A stretch of DNA of 64,000 nt from Selaginella moellendorffii (taxonomy: Eukaryota; Plantae; Lycopodiophyta): the NCBI RefSeq assembly GCF_000143415.4, contig NW_003314270.1:2225048-2289047 (forward strand), in the 5' to 3' direction. Every line of letters starts with the position of its first letter. Within the stretch, counting starts at the first letter, position 1. Of the stretch, positions 23,849 to 34,351 are shown one piece after another. Position numbers and translations under genes: made by a program. Below the pieces are notes generated by a model. That model worked only from the letters and a program-made list of their open reading frames with translations, made no database searches and was not told the DNA's origin.

Positions 23849-26623
23849 TCACGCAGCGCAAAGTTGCTTCCTCATGGTTTGCATTTGGAGAGATAAGCGT
23901 GACTGCGATTGCTTCACGCTCTCCCTCCCGCAGCCACCATCGTGCTCTCGCTCTCGCATCTCCTCTTGCCTCTTGCGGGCCTCCTCTCCCGTGAAGAGCA
24001 CCAGCGACTCGCCTAGCATCTCGGCAATCTTGGACGCCATCTCCGCCGCCTGATGCCTCTCTGGGAACGCTGGCGCCGGGAAGTGCTGGCTGAGCCAAAG
24101 GTACATGGACAGCAGCTGGTGCCGCGTCTCCAAGTCGTAGATCCCCGCGTTGTCGCTGGCAGTCCTCTGCGGCATCCCCATGGACAGCCTCACCGGGATC
24201 TTCCTGCTGTAGGCCGACGCGAAGCGCTGGAGCGAGCCCATGGACTTTGGATCCCGGCTGTTCACCGGGGCAAAGCAGAAGTTGTACTCGTCTTCGAGGG
24301 ACAGCCCGCCGATGGCATCCAGCGCCGCCGCCACCTTCTTCAAGTTGTCGTTCTTGCACAGGAAGTACGTCCCGTCCAGCCGGCAGTGCTCCGAGAAGCG
24401 GTCCAGGAGCTGGGAGAAGGTGATGTCCGGGAGCTGGCTGGCGAAGAGCTCCAGCTGCTCGAAGACCGGGAAGAGGCCGGCGCTCGGCGCATCTTCGAAT
24501 GGCTGCTTCATGCACTCGACCAGGTAGGGGATGTCCGAGGCGTAGAGCGTCGTGACTTGTCCCTCGGGATACAAGCTTCCGCGCCTCCCGGCTCGTCCGG
24601 CGATCTGCTTCACCTGTGACGCTGGAACTGGAATGCGCTGCTCGCCGTTGAACTTGTCCAGGGAGTTGAAGATGACCCTCCGGATGTTGAGGTTGAGTCC
24701 CATTCCAATCGCGTCGCTTGCCACCAGCACGTCGTATCCACTGCTGGGATCGTTGAAGAGCTTGGCTTGCTGCGTTCTCGTCTCGGGTGGGAGAGCTCCA
24801 TAAACCACACAGCACTTGTGCTTGGTTCTCTGCTCGATTTCCAGCTTGACTTGGAAAATCTCCTTTCTGGAGAATGCCACCACGCAGTCCCCGGCCTCGA
24901 TGAAGTCGAAGTTGCCTTTGGCAGACGTCCGGTCGATGGTGAGCGGCTTGAACCTCTCGTAGTGATGCTCCACAAACTCGTCACACGTCGCGGCACACAA
25001 AGTTTTGTAGAGCTCCAGCGCGCTTGGATCGCCACAGAGGTGGACTTCATCGGCCCGCAGTGCTAGAAAAGCTCTAGTCCAGGCCCAGCCTCGAAACTCA
25101 TCTGCTGTCATCTGGACCTCGTCAATGACTGCCACTGACCAAGGCTTTGTGAGCACGGCCATCTCCACGGTGGAGGCAAGGTGAGTTGCAAAAGGAACTT
25201 CCCTCCTCTCCTGGCCAGTGTGAAGACTGCAATAAACTCCGGACATGTTGGACTTCTCGTAAATCTCCATGGCCAGGAGACGCAGCGGGCAGCAGTAGAT
25301 GCCAGTCTCAGCTTGCAAAAACCGTTGGAGAGCCGTGTAAGTCTTGCCACTGTTCGTCGGGCCGCAGTGGTATATCACCTTTCTCTTCATGGCCCTAGTG
25401 AATGGAAACCAGGCGTGTGGCTTTGTCAGGTCCGCGGACGTGACTAGCTCCCTGTATCTGGTTATCTCGTTCGAGAACTCGGAGATGCAAAACTCAGCAA
25501 ATATCGGGAAGAGGTACTCCTCAGCTTCATCACAAGGTCCCACTTTGAGTAGCACGTCCTTGAGAAGCACCGGACATTTCGCCGTGAAGAACTTCCGGAA
25601 CTTGCTGACAGCCTGTGGGAAGAACTTGGAGTTGATGTAGACGGCGAGAGCCTGCGTTTTTGCCCACCCTCTCTCGGCAAACCTGTCGAGAACCGCTCCA
25701 AGCCGGAGCTTCTCATCGGGAGTCAGTAGCAGCGGTGGCGACTTCACCATCGCCTGGAACAACGCAGTGGGGTCGGCAAACCCCTCGGGAACCATTTCTG
25801 GCAATGCTGGCTTCGCCACCTTCTTCTGTTTCTCCAGATCCAGCTCTTCTTCCTGGAACACATCTCCATCGTCGCCAACGGCTTGGAAGTACTTCCCCAA
25901 GTCCAGCTTCTCAGGCTGCTTGTTTGGTCTTCTTCCCGATCGTCTCGTTTCCACCTTCTTAGAAGCTGGCGGAGACTCAACAACGATCGAAAGAGCATTT
26001 GCTAGAGGAGGAGCTCCAAGGACTTTCTCCTCGAGAACTTTCTCTGCCAGAGGACCACCGAGAGTTGTTTGTTCGAGGGCTCTATCTGGTTGAGAAGCTT
26101 CTGTTGCTTTGTTTTGGGCCTCATTCTTAGTGTCTGTCGTGGAAGAAGTCTTGATATCTTTCTTCTTCGCTCCAAGAGCTTTCTTCTCGAGAACCATTGC
26201 TTCCTCATTCTTAGCTTTGATTGTGGAAGAAGCCCCGACATTTTCGTTTTTCGCTGTAACAGTTTTGAGATTCTTCGATTTCTTGTCTGCGGTAGATTTC
26301 ACCTCAGCAGTCTTGGCCTTAGATTTCGTCGCCTTGGCATTCTTCGTTGATGGAACCACCTCGGCATTCTTCGTTGAAATCGCCTCGGCATTCTCATGCA
26401 CTGCAGCAGCATCCTTCACCTTCTTTACGCGCTTAGGCCCAGCGCTCCCATTCCCAGTAACGACGGTGCAAAATCCTCGTCTCGCTGCTCGAATCTCCGA
26501 AGCGTCAAATGCAGGCCTGAATCCGACAGCCGCCGGATCAAACCACCTGTGAACAAACCGAGAGCCTTGGAGCTGCCGCTGAATCTGCGAGTGCCGCGAG
26601 AGGATCCGCCACAGGGCCTTCAT
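23849..26623 (-). CDS. SUV3: Mitochondrial SUV3-like ATP-dependent RNA helicase, intronless
   Basis: HCGPTNSGKTY (Walker A), PLRLLAMEI, VIDEVQM, DCVVAFSRK, YGALPPETR, VASDAIGMGLNL, QIAGRAGR; mitochondrial presequence-like start. Confidence 0.95.
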   Translation of the reverse strand: MKALWRILSRHSQIQRQLQGSRFVHRWFDPAAVGFRPAFDASEIRAARRGFCTVVTGNGSAGPKRVKKVKDAAAVHENAEAISTKNAEVVPSTKNAKATKSKAKTAEVKSTADKKSKNLKTVTAKNENVGASSTIKAKNEEAMVLEKKALGAKKKDIKTSSTTDTKNEAQNKATEASQPDRALEQTTLGGPLAEKVLEEKVLGAPPLANALSIVVESPPASKKVETRRSGRRPNKQPEKLDLGKYFQAVGDDGDVFQEEELDLEKQKKVAKPALPEMVPEGFADPTALFQAMVKSPPLLLTPDEKLRLGAVLDRFAERGWAKTQALAVYINSKFFPQAVSKFRKFFTAKCPVLLKDVLLKVGPCDEAEEYLFPIFAEFCISEFSNEITRYRELVTSADLTKPHAWFPFTRAMKRKVIYHCGPTNSGKTYTALQRFLQAETGIYCCPLRLLAMEIYEKSNMSGVYCSLHTGQERREVPFATHLASTVEMAVLTKPWSVAVIDEVQMTADEFRGWAWTRAFLALRADEVHLCGDPSALELYKTLCAATCDEFVEHHYERFKPLTIDRTSAKGNFDFIEAGDCVVAFSRKEIFQVKLEIEQRTKHKCCVVYGALPPETRTQQAKLFNDPSSGYDVLVASDAIGMGLNLNIRRVIFNSLDKFNGEQRIPVPASQVKQIAGRAGRRGSLYPEGQVTTLYASDIPYLVECMKQPFEDAPSAGLFPVFEQLELFASQLPDITFSQLLDRFSEHCRLDGTYFLCKNDNLKKVAAALDAIGGLSLEDEYNFCFAPVNSRDPKSMGSLQRFASAYSRKIPVRLSMGMPQRTASDNAGIYDLETRHQLLSMYLWLSQHFPAPAFPERHQAAEMASKIAEMLGESLVLFTGEEARKRQEEMREREHDGGCGRESVKQSQSRLSLQMQTMRKQLCAA

Positions 26624-26725
26624 CCACCAAGAGCCCTAATTGCAAGAACCCTAACTAAACCCCATCGCTTTACTTTAAAACAAAAGAAACTAGAAAAGCC
26701 TTTTAAAGCCATTTTATCTCGATGA

Positions 26726-29170
26726 ATGGCTATGGATCGATGCGGTTGGAAGAGCTCCATCGCCTCTACTGGTATGATCTTTAGCGCCTCCATATACCAC
26801 ACTCCTAGAGTCGTGAGAAATGCCGCTCCAGAGATTGATTCCACGCCCCAAACAGCAGGCGACGAGAGTAGTTCTTCTCTCTCGCAGCGAAGAGTTTCCC
26901 TCGTCACAAAGCCCACCAGAGCTCCTGTGCTTTCCGATAGCACCGCGAGTATTGTTACTCCAGAGTCTTCGCGAAGTAAAAGTCCGGATAGAAATTCCCA
27001 GCACGGTGTCTGGGACTTGGATTTAATGGATGTCCAGCAGCAGCCAGAGAATCCGAGGCCTGGAAGTAGCACCAATCTTTTCGTCGTCAAACCTCCACAC
27101 AAGGATCGAAAGACGAAGAAGAAAAGAATGGAAGAAGAAGTACCGCACAACAAGAAGATATCTTCGCAGGCGGCCATTGGACTTCTCAAACGCTCCGGCG
27201 AAGAAGCTGTGACTTATATGCAGGGCCTGGTCGGCCTCGTCAAGAATCGGCCCTTCCTGTGGGACGAGGCAGGTCAGCTTTGTCTTGAAACAAACGAAAG
27301 AACTCACCGTTTTGCTTTTTTTTCTTGTTTTTCGTTTTCCTCTCGTCCAGATTATGCAAGAACTTGAAGCTCGAGGATCGCGAATCAAAGCCTGCGAACT
27401 CTTTTCTTTCCTCGACAAGCAAAGCGAGTACAAGCTCCACGAGCAAAACTGCGTTTGCATCATCGGGATGCTGTCACGAGAAGGAAAGCTGGGATTAGCG
27501 AGGGAAGTTCTCGAGGAAATGAAAAAGAAGAAGCTCAAACTCAGTGCAGTACCTTACACGATGCTGATTCATGCGTAAGCTGTTTAAATCCACTTTCTCA
27601 AAACGTCTTTGTGTGATCGATGGTGGAATCAGGTACGTGAAGCACGGTCTCGTGGAAGACGCTTGCAGCTTGTTCTACCGGATGATGAAGGATGGCTGTG
27701 AGGCCACTGTAGTGACTTACACCGTCATTATACACGGCTACCTCCGGCAAAAATCCAAGCTCGACCATGCACTAAGGCTTCTTGAAGTGATGAAAGAGAG
27801 CGGCAAGAAACCCGATGAGATACTCTACAATTGCCTCGTAAATGGCCTGGTAAACAGCGGCCGACTGGAAGCGGCAGAAAAGATCCTGGACGACATGAAG
27901 CGAGACAAGGTGTCAGCCAACTTGGTCACGTACACAAACCTGATTAAAGAGTATGCGAACACTGGAAGGTTGCAAGACTGTCGAAAACTCTTCCAGGAGA
28001 TGAAAGATAAGGGAGAGTCTCCAAATTCCTGGACTTACAACGCGCTCATCCAGGGATACGGGAGGAAAGGCCTGTTCAAAGAAGCATTAGAGCTCTACGA
28101 CGAGATGGACGGAGTTGGCTGCGCGAAGGACGTGCATACTTACAACATCGCCATCGCAATGTATGGCAAGCGAGGCCTGCTCGAGGACATGGAACGCCTG
28201 CTAGACGAGATGGACACCAAAGGAGTTCCTCCTGATCAGGTAAGAAACTTAAAAGAGATAGAGGAACGGAAGAACTAATTAGAGCTTTTTACCAGGTAAC
28301 TTACAACACATTGCTCGACGTTTACGCGAAAAAGAGCTACTTCGTGAAGGCTCATGAAATCCTGAGAGAGATGACCGAGGCTGGATACAGGCCAAACATC
28401 TGGACTTACAACATCATGCTGAGCTCCGCTAGAAAGGAGCAAAGCGTCGCGGAAGCTACGCAGCTCTTCGAGAATCTCAAGTCGAAGGGAGTCGTTCCAA
28501 ACATCGTGACTTACAGTGCCATGCTCAGTCTCTACGGCCGTCACGGACTTTACACTGAAGCTGCGAAGTTATGGGACGAGATGATCGAGGCAGGATGCAT
28601 ACCGTGCATCATTGCCTACTCTGGACTGATCGAGAGCTACGGCCACCATGGAATGTATCAGGTACGTAACGAGTTCCTACAAGAAAAAGAATTTAGTTTC
28701 CAGTTGAAAGCGGAAGCAAAAGGGAAAGCTTACCTCCAGAACTTTGTTTGCAGGAAGCTCTTGCTTGTTTCCAGGACATGAGAAAGTCCGGCATCGTTCC
28801 AGACACCAAAATCTACACAGCTCTGATGGATGCTTACGGAAAAGCTGGCCGGTGCAGAGAGGCCGAACTCCTATACTTTGAAATGACCAAGGAAGGTTTC
28901 GTGCCAGACGGGATAACTTACGGCATCTTGGTTAGAGCGTTTGCCAATGCAGGCCGGCTTCGCGAGGGCCTCAAGTACCTCAAGATCATCCTCGAGTACG
29001 AGGAGCCAGAGAGTTACCTGTGCCAGAGGATCATCAGCCGGTACAAAAGCTTTTACGAGATGCATGCCGAGGAGTCGAGTGAGGAGGACGACGATGACGA
29101 CGAGGAGACTGAGATGGAGTCTAGTGAGGACGAAAGTAACGAAGGCGAGAAGCACCAAAACTCTCTGTAA
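26726..29170 (+). CDS. P-class pentatricopeptide repeat protein with acidic C-terminal tail, 5 exons
   Basis: Tandem 35-aa repeats (VVTYTVIIHGY, EILYNCLVNGL, SWTYNALIQGY, KIYTALMDAYGKAG); transit-peptide-like N-terminus; E/D-rich tail. Confidence 0.88.
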
Positions 29171-29206
29171 AGTTATATTAGAAGAAGAAAGAACACGAGA
29201 TCTTAC

Positions 29207-30943
29207 TCAGGAAGACGGCCCTGCTCCGGCTGCTGCTGGCATCTGAGCTTTAAGCTGCTCCGCGTCAGCCCGTCTTCCAGCTTTCAGGAGACCAGCACGG
29301 AGGATTCCGTAAGTCACACTGTCCGGCTTACAGTTGTTCTGGATCATCGTGTCCTTCAGCGAGAGCGCTTGGTCTGTTCGTCCGACGTCACACAGTCCCC
29401 CGATGAGGATTGTATAAGTATAGGTGTCTGGAACCAGGCCTTTTTTCTGGAGCTGCTCGTAGACTTGGAACGCTTCGCTTATGAGCTTGCGCTGGCAGAG
29501 AGCCGACATGAAACTGTTGAAGTGAACCAGCTCCGGAGACGCCAGCTCCCGAAAGACCTTTCTGGCATCGTCAAGTTTCCCGTGCTTGGAGAAGGTGCTT
29601 ATGAGCAAGTTGTGGAAGAAACTACCGAGATCAAGTCGAGCCCTGTGCTTCTCCAGAAATTCCTGAACAAGTTGAACGCATCCTTCTTTGCAAAGCCCAA
29701 TGAGTAACGGCATATATGACGCTCGGTCGGGTACGCAACCTCCTTTGGAGACCATCTCGTCAAACACGTCTACTGCAGCCTTGAAGTTACCATCCCTGCG
29801 AAGACTGTTTATGAGAACTGTGTAAGTCACGACGTCTGGATTATATCCAGAATCCGCCATTTCCTGTAGGAAGTCCCTGGCTTCATCAGTTTTCCCTTGC
29901 AGGCAGAGGCCGTTGATGAGACTGTTGTACGTGTACAGCGTGGGAGAACACCCATTCTTAACCATTGTCGTCGAAAGCTCAAAAGCCTCCTCCACCTTCC
30001 CTGCCTTGCACAACCCGTCGATAAGCTGATTGTAAACGATAGCTGGAGGTATACAGCCACGCTCAGCCATCACGTCCAGGACTGCCAAGGCCTCGGAGAA
30101 CTTGGAAAGCCTGAGGAAACCATCTACGAGGCGGCCGTATGTGAACGTCGTCGCTTCATACTTGCCTTCCAGCATCTTGTCGAGCACATTGCATGCTTGC
30201 TCCAGAAGCCCCTCTCTACACAGCAAGTCTATGGTCATGTTGTAATCGCTCTCCTTCTTCAGCAGGCTCCACACTGTCCAGGTCCCGTCGTCAGCAGCCT
30301 TCGACACGGCATCTTGCGATCCAGCTTGAGCGACCATCATCCTGAAAATCTTACTAGCAACTTCCGGCTTCTTCATGTCGTAACACGTCCGGATCAGATG
30401 GTTGACAACCGAGTGATTGAAGTTCTTGCTGCTAGTCATGTCCTGTACGATGCCAATGACTTCCTCGGAGTGGTTCTCCTTGAGCAGGCCCGAGACAATG
30501 GACGCGTATTCCTTCTTCTTAAGAGTGTAGCCACCGTCGTGCATCTCCTGGAGAACACCTCGAGCTCCCTTCCCCGCTAGCCTCTGAAGGAGTAGCCTGT
30601 AAGAGTGAAAGCTGTGCTTGGAGAACACCTCCTGCTTGGAAGCCCAGTTGAAGAAACGCAGAGCGACGCTACCATCTTTCACTTGCTCTAGCACCTTATT
30701 CACGGCCTTGTGTCCGACTGACCCCTTCCACTGCTGCATTACGTCGTCCAAAGCCTCCCCTTGCGGCCTCTCCTTCAAAGACTCCAAAATCATTCCCACA
30801 ACTGCTTCATCTAGCTCCTCCGGCGGATTTGCTACCTGTGCCTGAGCTACACTTGCCAGAGAGCGCGACCCATTTGCTCCAATGGACCGAAATGCCGCAA
30901 ACCGGAAGAAGGCGCTCTTCGCTCTCAGCATCGCAAGCACCAT
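29207..30943 (-). CDS. P-class PPR protein, likely mitochondrial, intronless
   Basis: ALRFFNWA, AIVYNQLIDGLCKAGKVEEA, LYTYNSLINGLC, VVTYTVLINSL, TYTYTILIGGLC. Confidence 0.93.
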   Translation of the reverse strand: MVLAMLRAKSAFFRFAAFRSIGANGSRSLASVAQAQVANPPEELDEAVVGMILESLKERPQGEALDDVMQQWKGSVGHKAVNKVLEQVKDGSVALRFFNWASKQEVFSKHSFHSYRLLLQRLAGKGARGVLQEMHDGGYTLKKKEYASIVSGLLKENHSEEVIGIVQDMTSSKNFNHSVVNHLIRTCYDMKKPEVASKIFRMMVAQAGSQDAVSKAADDGTWTVWSLLKKESDYNMTIDLLCREGLLEQACNVLDKMLEGKYEATTFTYGRLVDGFLRLSKFSEALAVLDVMAERGCIPPAIVYNQLIDGLCKAGKVEEAFELSTTMVKNGCSPTLYTYNSLINGLCLQGKTDEARDFLQEMADSGYNPDVVTYTVLINSLRRDGNFKAAVDVFDEMVSKGGCVPDRASYMPLLIGLCKEGCVQLVQEFLEKHRARLDLGSFFHNLLISTFSKHGKLDDARKVFRELASPELVHFNSFMSALCQRKLISEAFQVYEQLQKKGLVPDTYTYTILIGGLCDVGRTDQALSLKDTMIQNNCKPDSVTYGILRAGLLKAGRRADAEQLKAQMPAAAGAGPSS

Positions 30944-30963
30944 ACTACCCAGGGTTTTAGGGT

Positions 30964-31290
30964 TTAACGGCCATGGGTGGTGTTCATGAAACGTTCAACT
31001 CCTTGTATTTCGCTCGATCGTCTTCCTGAAGCTCCTTGTTCCCTTGTTGACATTTTCAGTCGATTCCACAGCCTGGAAAGCAAACAGACGTGCTTATGAA
31101 TGCTAAAACATGCACACACCTGTTGATACAAAAGCTCGATTTGTTGAGATTGCTGGAAGACGTAGGAAGAGAAGAGATGGTCCAAAGCCGACACCTCGAG
31201 CATTTTTCTTTTTTCTTTTTGTTCCTTACTATCCTGCTCAACCTTCTGGATGCAGCGAGAGAAAAAATCAAGAAAGTTCTTGAACATTGA
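30964..31290 (-). pseudogene. Degenerate copy of the SYP81 3' exons
   Basis: RKMLEVSALDHLFSSYVFQQSQQIELLYQQV matches 32756-33124; intron retained; frameshifted. Confidence 0.85.
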
Positions 31291-31469
31291 CGAGTAGCAG
31301 GGTAGCTCGGTTATGAGCAGGTTCGTTGGGGTGCTGTTGCCAGCCCCACGAACTCAACGCAATTCGACTGGGTCCTGGCCACCTGCATCTGGTGTGTTCA
31401 AACGTGCGCAGTTGTGACGGAGAAATTGAAGGAGATTTTCAGAAGTTAAATCCTTCTCCTCGACGATTA

Positions 31470-31581
31470 AAACTTTCAACAAGGGAAACAAGAAGCTCAG
31501 GAAGACGATCTAGCGGAACACAAGCAGTCGAACGTTTCTCCTTGACGATTCTTCCCGCTTTCGCTGCTCTTCCTCGTGGTA
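31470..31581 (+). pseudogene. Inverted copy of the SYP81 last exon
   Basis: caacaagggaaacaagaagctcaggaagacgatc...caagcagtcgaacgtttctcctt...tggtacaatggctaa is the reverse complement of 32756-32880. Confidence 0.85.
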
Positions 31582-32269
31582 CAATGGCTAAGAAGTCGCT
31601 GAAATAAATGATCTTTTATAGGAAGAAAAACAAAAACTTCAAAATTGAAATACATAAAAATTCCCCGATCCCACTACCCTCTGCCAGCAGCTTGTGCAAA
31701 TATGGGTTGTATACATAGGGGCCATCACACTCGTTGTAACATAAGAAATCTACCTCAGCCTCCAAAACATTATCAGCCAAGAATATAAACGTTTTGCTCG
31801 CAAGCTTGAAGACAGGCCCGAGCATTGATTACGTTAGGTTGTGATCCACTGTTTGGAGCGGGTGCGCGCTACAAATGAACGAGACGAGAGAGCTCAAATG
31901 CATTGCATGCATGTAGGAGTACAGTCCTTTGCTCCTTAGTTAGGCTCTGAGTGAACTGTAAACACTTCATACTGTTGGTTGCGCTGACTACATCAGAGTT
32001 GGCCATAAGAAACACCACCACACAAGTCTTATAGCATCCGTGTAGCCTTTTCATGGCCTATCTCCATCCGAGCTTAGGGGAAAACATAGTACCTGTTTGT
32101 GAAACTCACGTTGAAATGCAGAATCAGGGGGGAGTACTGATCGCATTTCTTGTCCTCATCCTAGTGCAGCCTACGTCAGTGAAATTACGAGGGAAAACAT
32201 AAGTTATCTGCAATTCCCAGCGTTTTAAGACATTGCCTGAAGGAACTAATAACGAGCGTAACCTGAAGC

Positions 32270-32745
32270 TTTCTTGTCGAGAACATTGCATGCTTGCTCT
32301 AGACACGCAGCAAGTCTATAGTCATGTTGTAATCACTCTCCTTCAGCAGGCTCAACAATGCCTAGGCCCCGTCGTCAACTGCCATTCTGGACGGCATCCT
32401 CTTTGTTTTGCAATCCAGCTTGAGCGACCATCATCTTGAAAATCTCAAGGCAAGCAACCTTGTCGTAACACGTTCGGATAAGATTACCGAGTGACTGAAG
32501 TTCTTGTTGCTCGTCATGTCCTGTACGATGCCTCTCGGTCCTTAAGCACGCCCGAGACAATGGACGCGTATTCCTTCTTTTTAAGAGTGTAGCCGTCGTC
32601 GTGCATCTCTTGCAGAACACCTCGAGCTTCCTTTCCCAAGCGAGGTGTTCCCTAAGCACAGCTTTCACTCTTACAGGTTACCCTTCAGAGGCTCGCGAGC
32701 TGAAGCCCAGTCGAAGAAACACAGAGCGATGCTACCATCTTTCAG
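32270..32745 (-). pseudogene. Degenerate copy of the PPR gene segment 30175-30680 with an internal micro-inversion
   Basis: Colinear match with deletions; 32641-32697 is the reverse complement of 30574-30632. Confidence 0.85.
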
Positions 32746-32755
32746 AAACTTATTG

Positions 32756-34024
32756 TTAGCCATTGTACCAGTCGAGGAAGAGCAGCGACAGCGGAAGGAT
32801 AGTCAAGAACATAAGGAGAAACGTTCGACTGCTCGTGTTCCGCTCGATCGTCTTCCTGAGCTCCTTGTTTCCCTTGTTGACATTTTCAGTCGCTTCAACG
32901 GCCTGGAAAGCGAATGGACGTGTTTTTGAATGCATCTTAGAACAAGCACAAACCTGCTGATACAAAAGCTCGATTTGTTGGGATTGCTGGAAGACGTACG
33001 AAGAGAAGAGATGGTTTAAAGCCGACACCTCGAGCATCTTTCTTTCAGTGTCTTCCGCTGTATCTAGAAGGTTGGACAGCTCTTCCTGGAAACAGAACAG
33101 GAACACTGAGAAAAAGGATATCAAATCTCTACCTGCAGAGCTCTAGTCTCGCTGTCAAGAACAATCTGTGCCTGGGAAGGCTGAAGTTCTTGAAGATTTT
33201 CCCTATTGAACGAAGTAGCAGCAGCGGTTCTGTTGGATAGCTCGGCTTCCAGCTGAGCAGTGGCAGATTGGAGGTGAGGCCTTCGTTTTGGTAGTGTTTT
33301 ATCCAGCGCCTTCTGAAACCTGGAAGCTCTTAAGGCATCAAATATGGTTGTCACTGCATGCAACTTCTCGCTGAGCATCAACACCTGAAAGAGCCATGCA
33401 TAAAACAACGAAAGTCTAAACCCTCTAGAGACTCTTACTATGCCGTGTTGGTGTGCATTCAAATCAGCGTTTACGGCTCCTTTCCAAAACGATTTTTTTC
33501 CACCCGCGATACTGTTCTTCAAGTCGTCAATTCGTTGCTTGCAAGCCTTGACAGATAACCCCACCTACAAAACGAAAGAAGAAAGAACATCACATTCCAA
33601 AAAAACAGGAACAAGCACAAAACTTCACCTCGTGTTCGATGTTGTCTCGTTCTTCCTCAGTACATCGTTGTCGATCCAGATAATCCTTTCGTCGCTCCAA
33701 AATAAACGATTCCATTGTCCGAATGTGACCAAGCTGCATGAAATCCAATCCGCACACCAGAATCACGAGCGCGACAAAGGAAAAACTCGAGCAGCGATTA
33801 CATACAATCTCCAATGCTGCTGCTGTGAAAGGCAGAAGCTCCAGTGTCCTGTGCATTATCAGAGATGAGGCGATCTTGACCTGGACCGGTCCGTAAGAAA
33901 CATCTCTGCAAAATCTAAGCGCTGGATCGCGAAACCTCACCTCATCACATTGTGGAATCGATGCCGCCGCTGCCCGCACGGCATCCCTAAACGCCTCGGT
34001 GCGATCACGTCGCGCCAGCGCCAT
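32756..34024 (-). CDS. SYP81: Syntaxin-81 (ER Qa-SNARE, syntaxin-18 type), multi-exon
   Basis: RDRTEAFRDAVR, RCTEEERDNIEHEV, AHQHGIV, DSETRALQ, MLEVSALNHLFS, GNKEL.K.I.RN.SSRTFLL, C-terminal TM ending LFLDWYNG. Confidence 0.92.
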
Positions 34025-34351
34025 TCCTCTGTTCCAAAAAACCCTAACAAAAGCCCATTCGTTTATTTGGTTCCTTTTATTCCTTCACTTATTTCCGCGT
34101 CAGAGAACTCAAGATCTTAGCTAGAGCTTCCAAGCGCCTCTGGGATTCCAGGACCTTCCAGCGAAATATCGCGAATTCCAGCCTTGGATCGAAGAATGCA
34201 GTCTGGATCCGGCAGCGCAGGCATTGCAGCGCGGGGATTGGTACAGGATTTGGCGTCGGCTCCAAGCTCCAGCACCGATTCCAGCAGTTAATGGCACGCA
34301 ATGAAGGGCAAATCCTCCGCCGTGGCGCTGGATTCATTCTCCTCACAGGCA

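Noticed and set aside
23775-24815. 346-aa alternative-frame ORF overlapping SUV3
   Set aside because: Shifted-frame shadow in GC-rich coding sequence with low-complexity R/G/A composition
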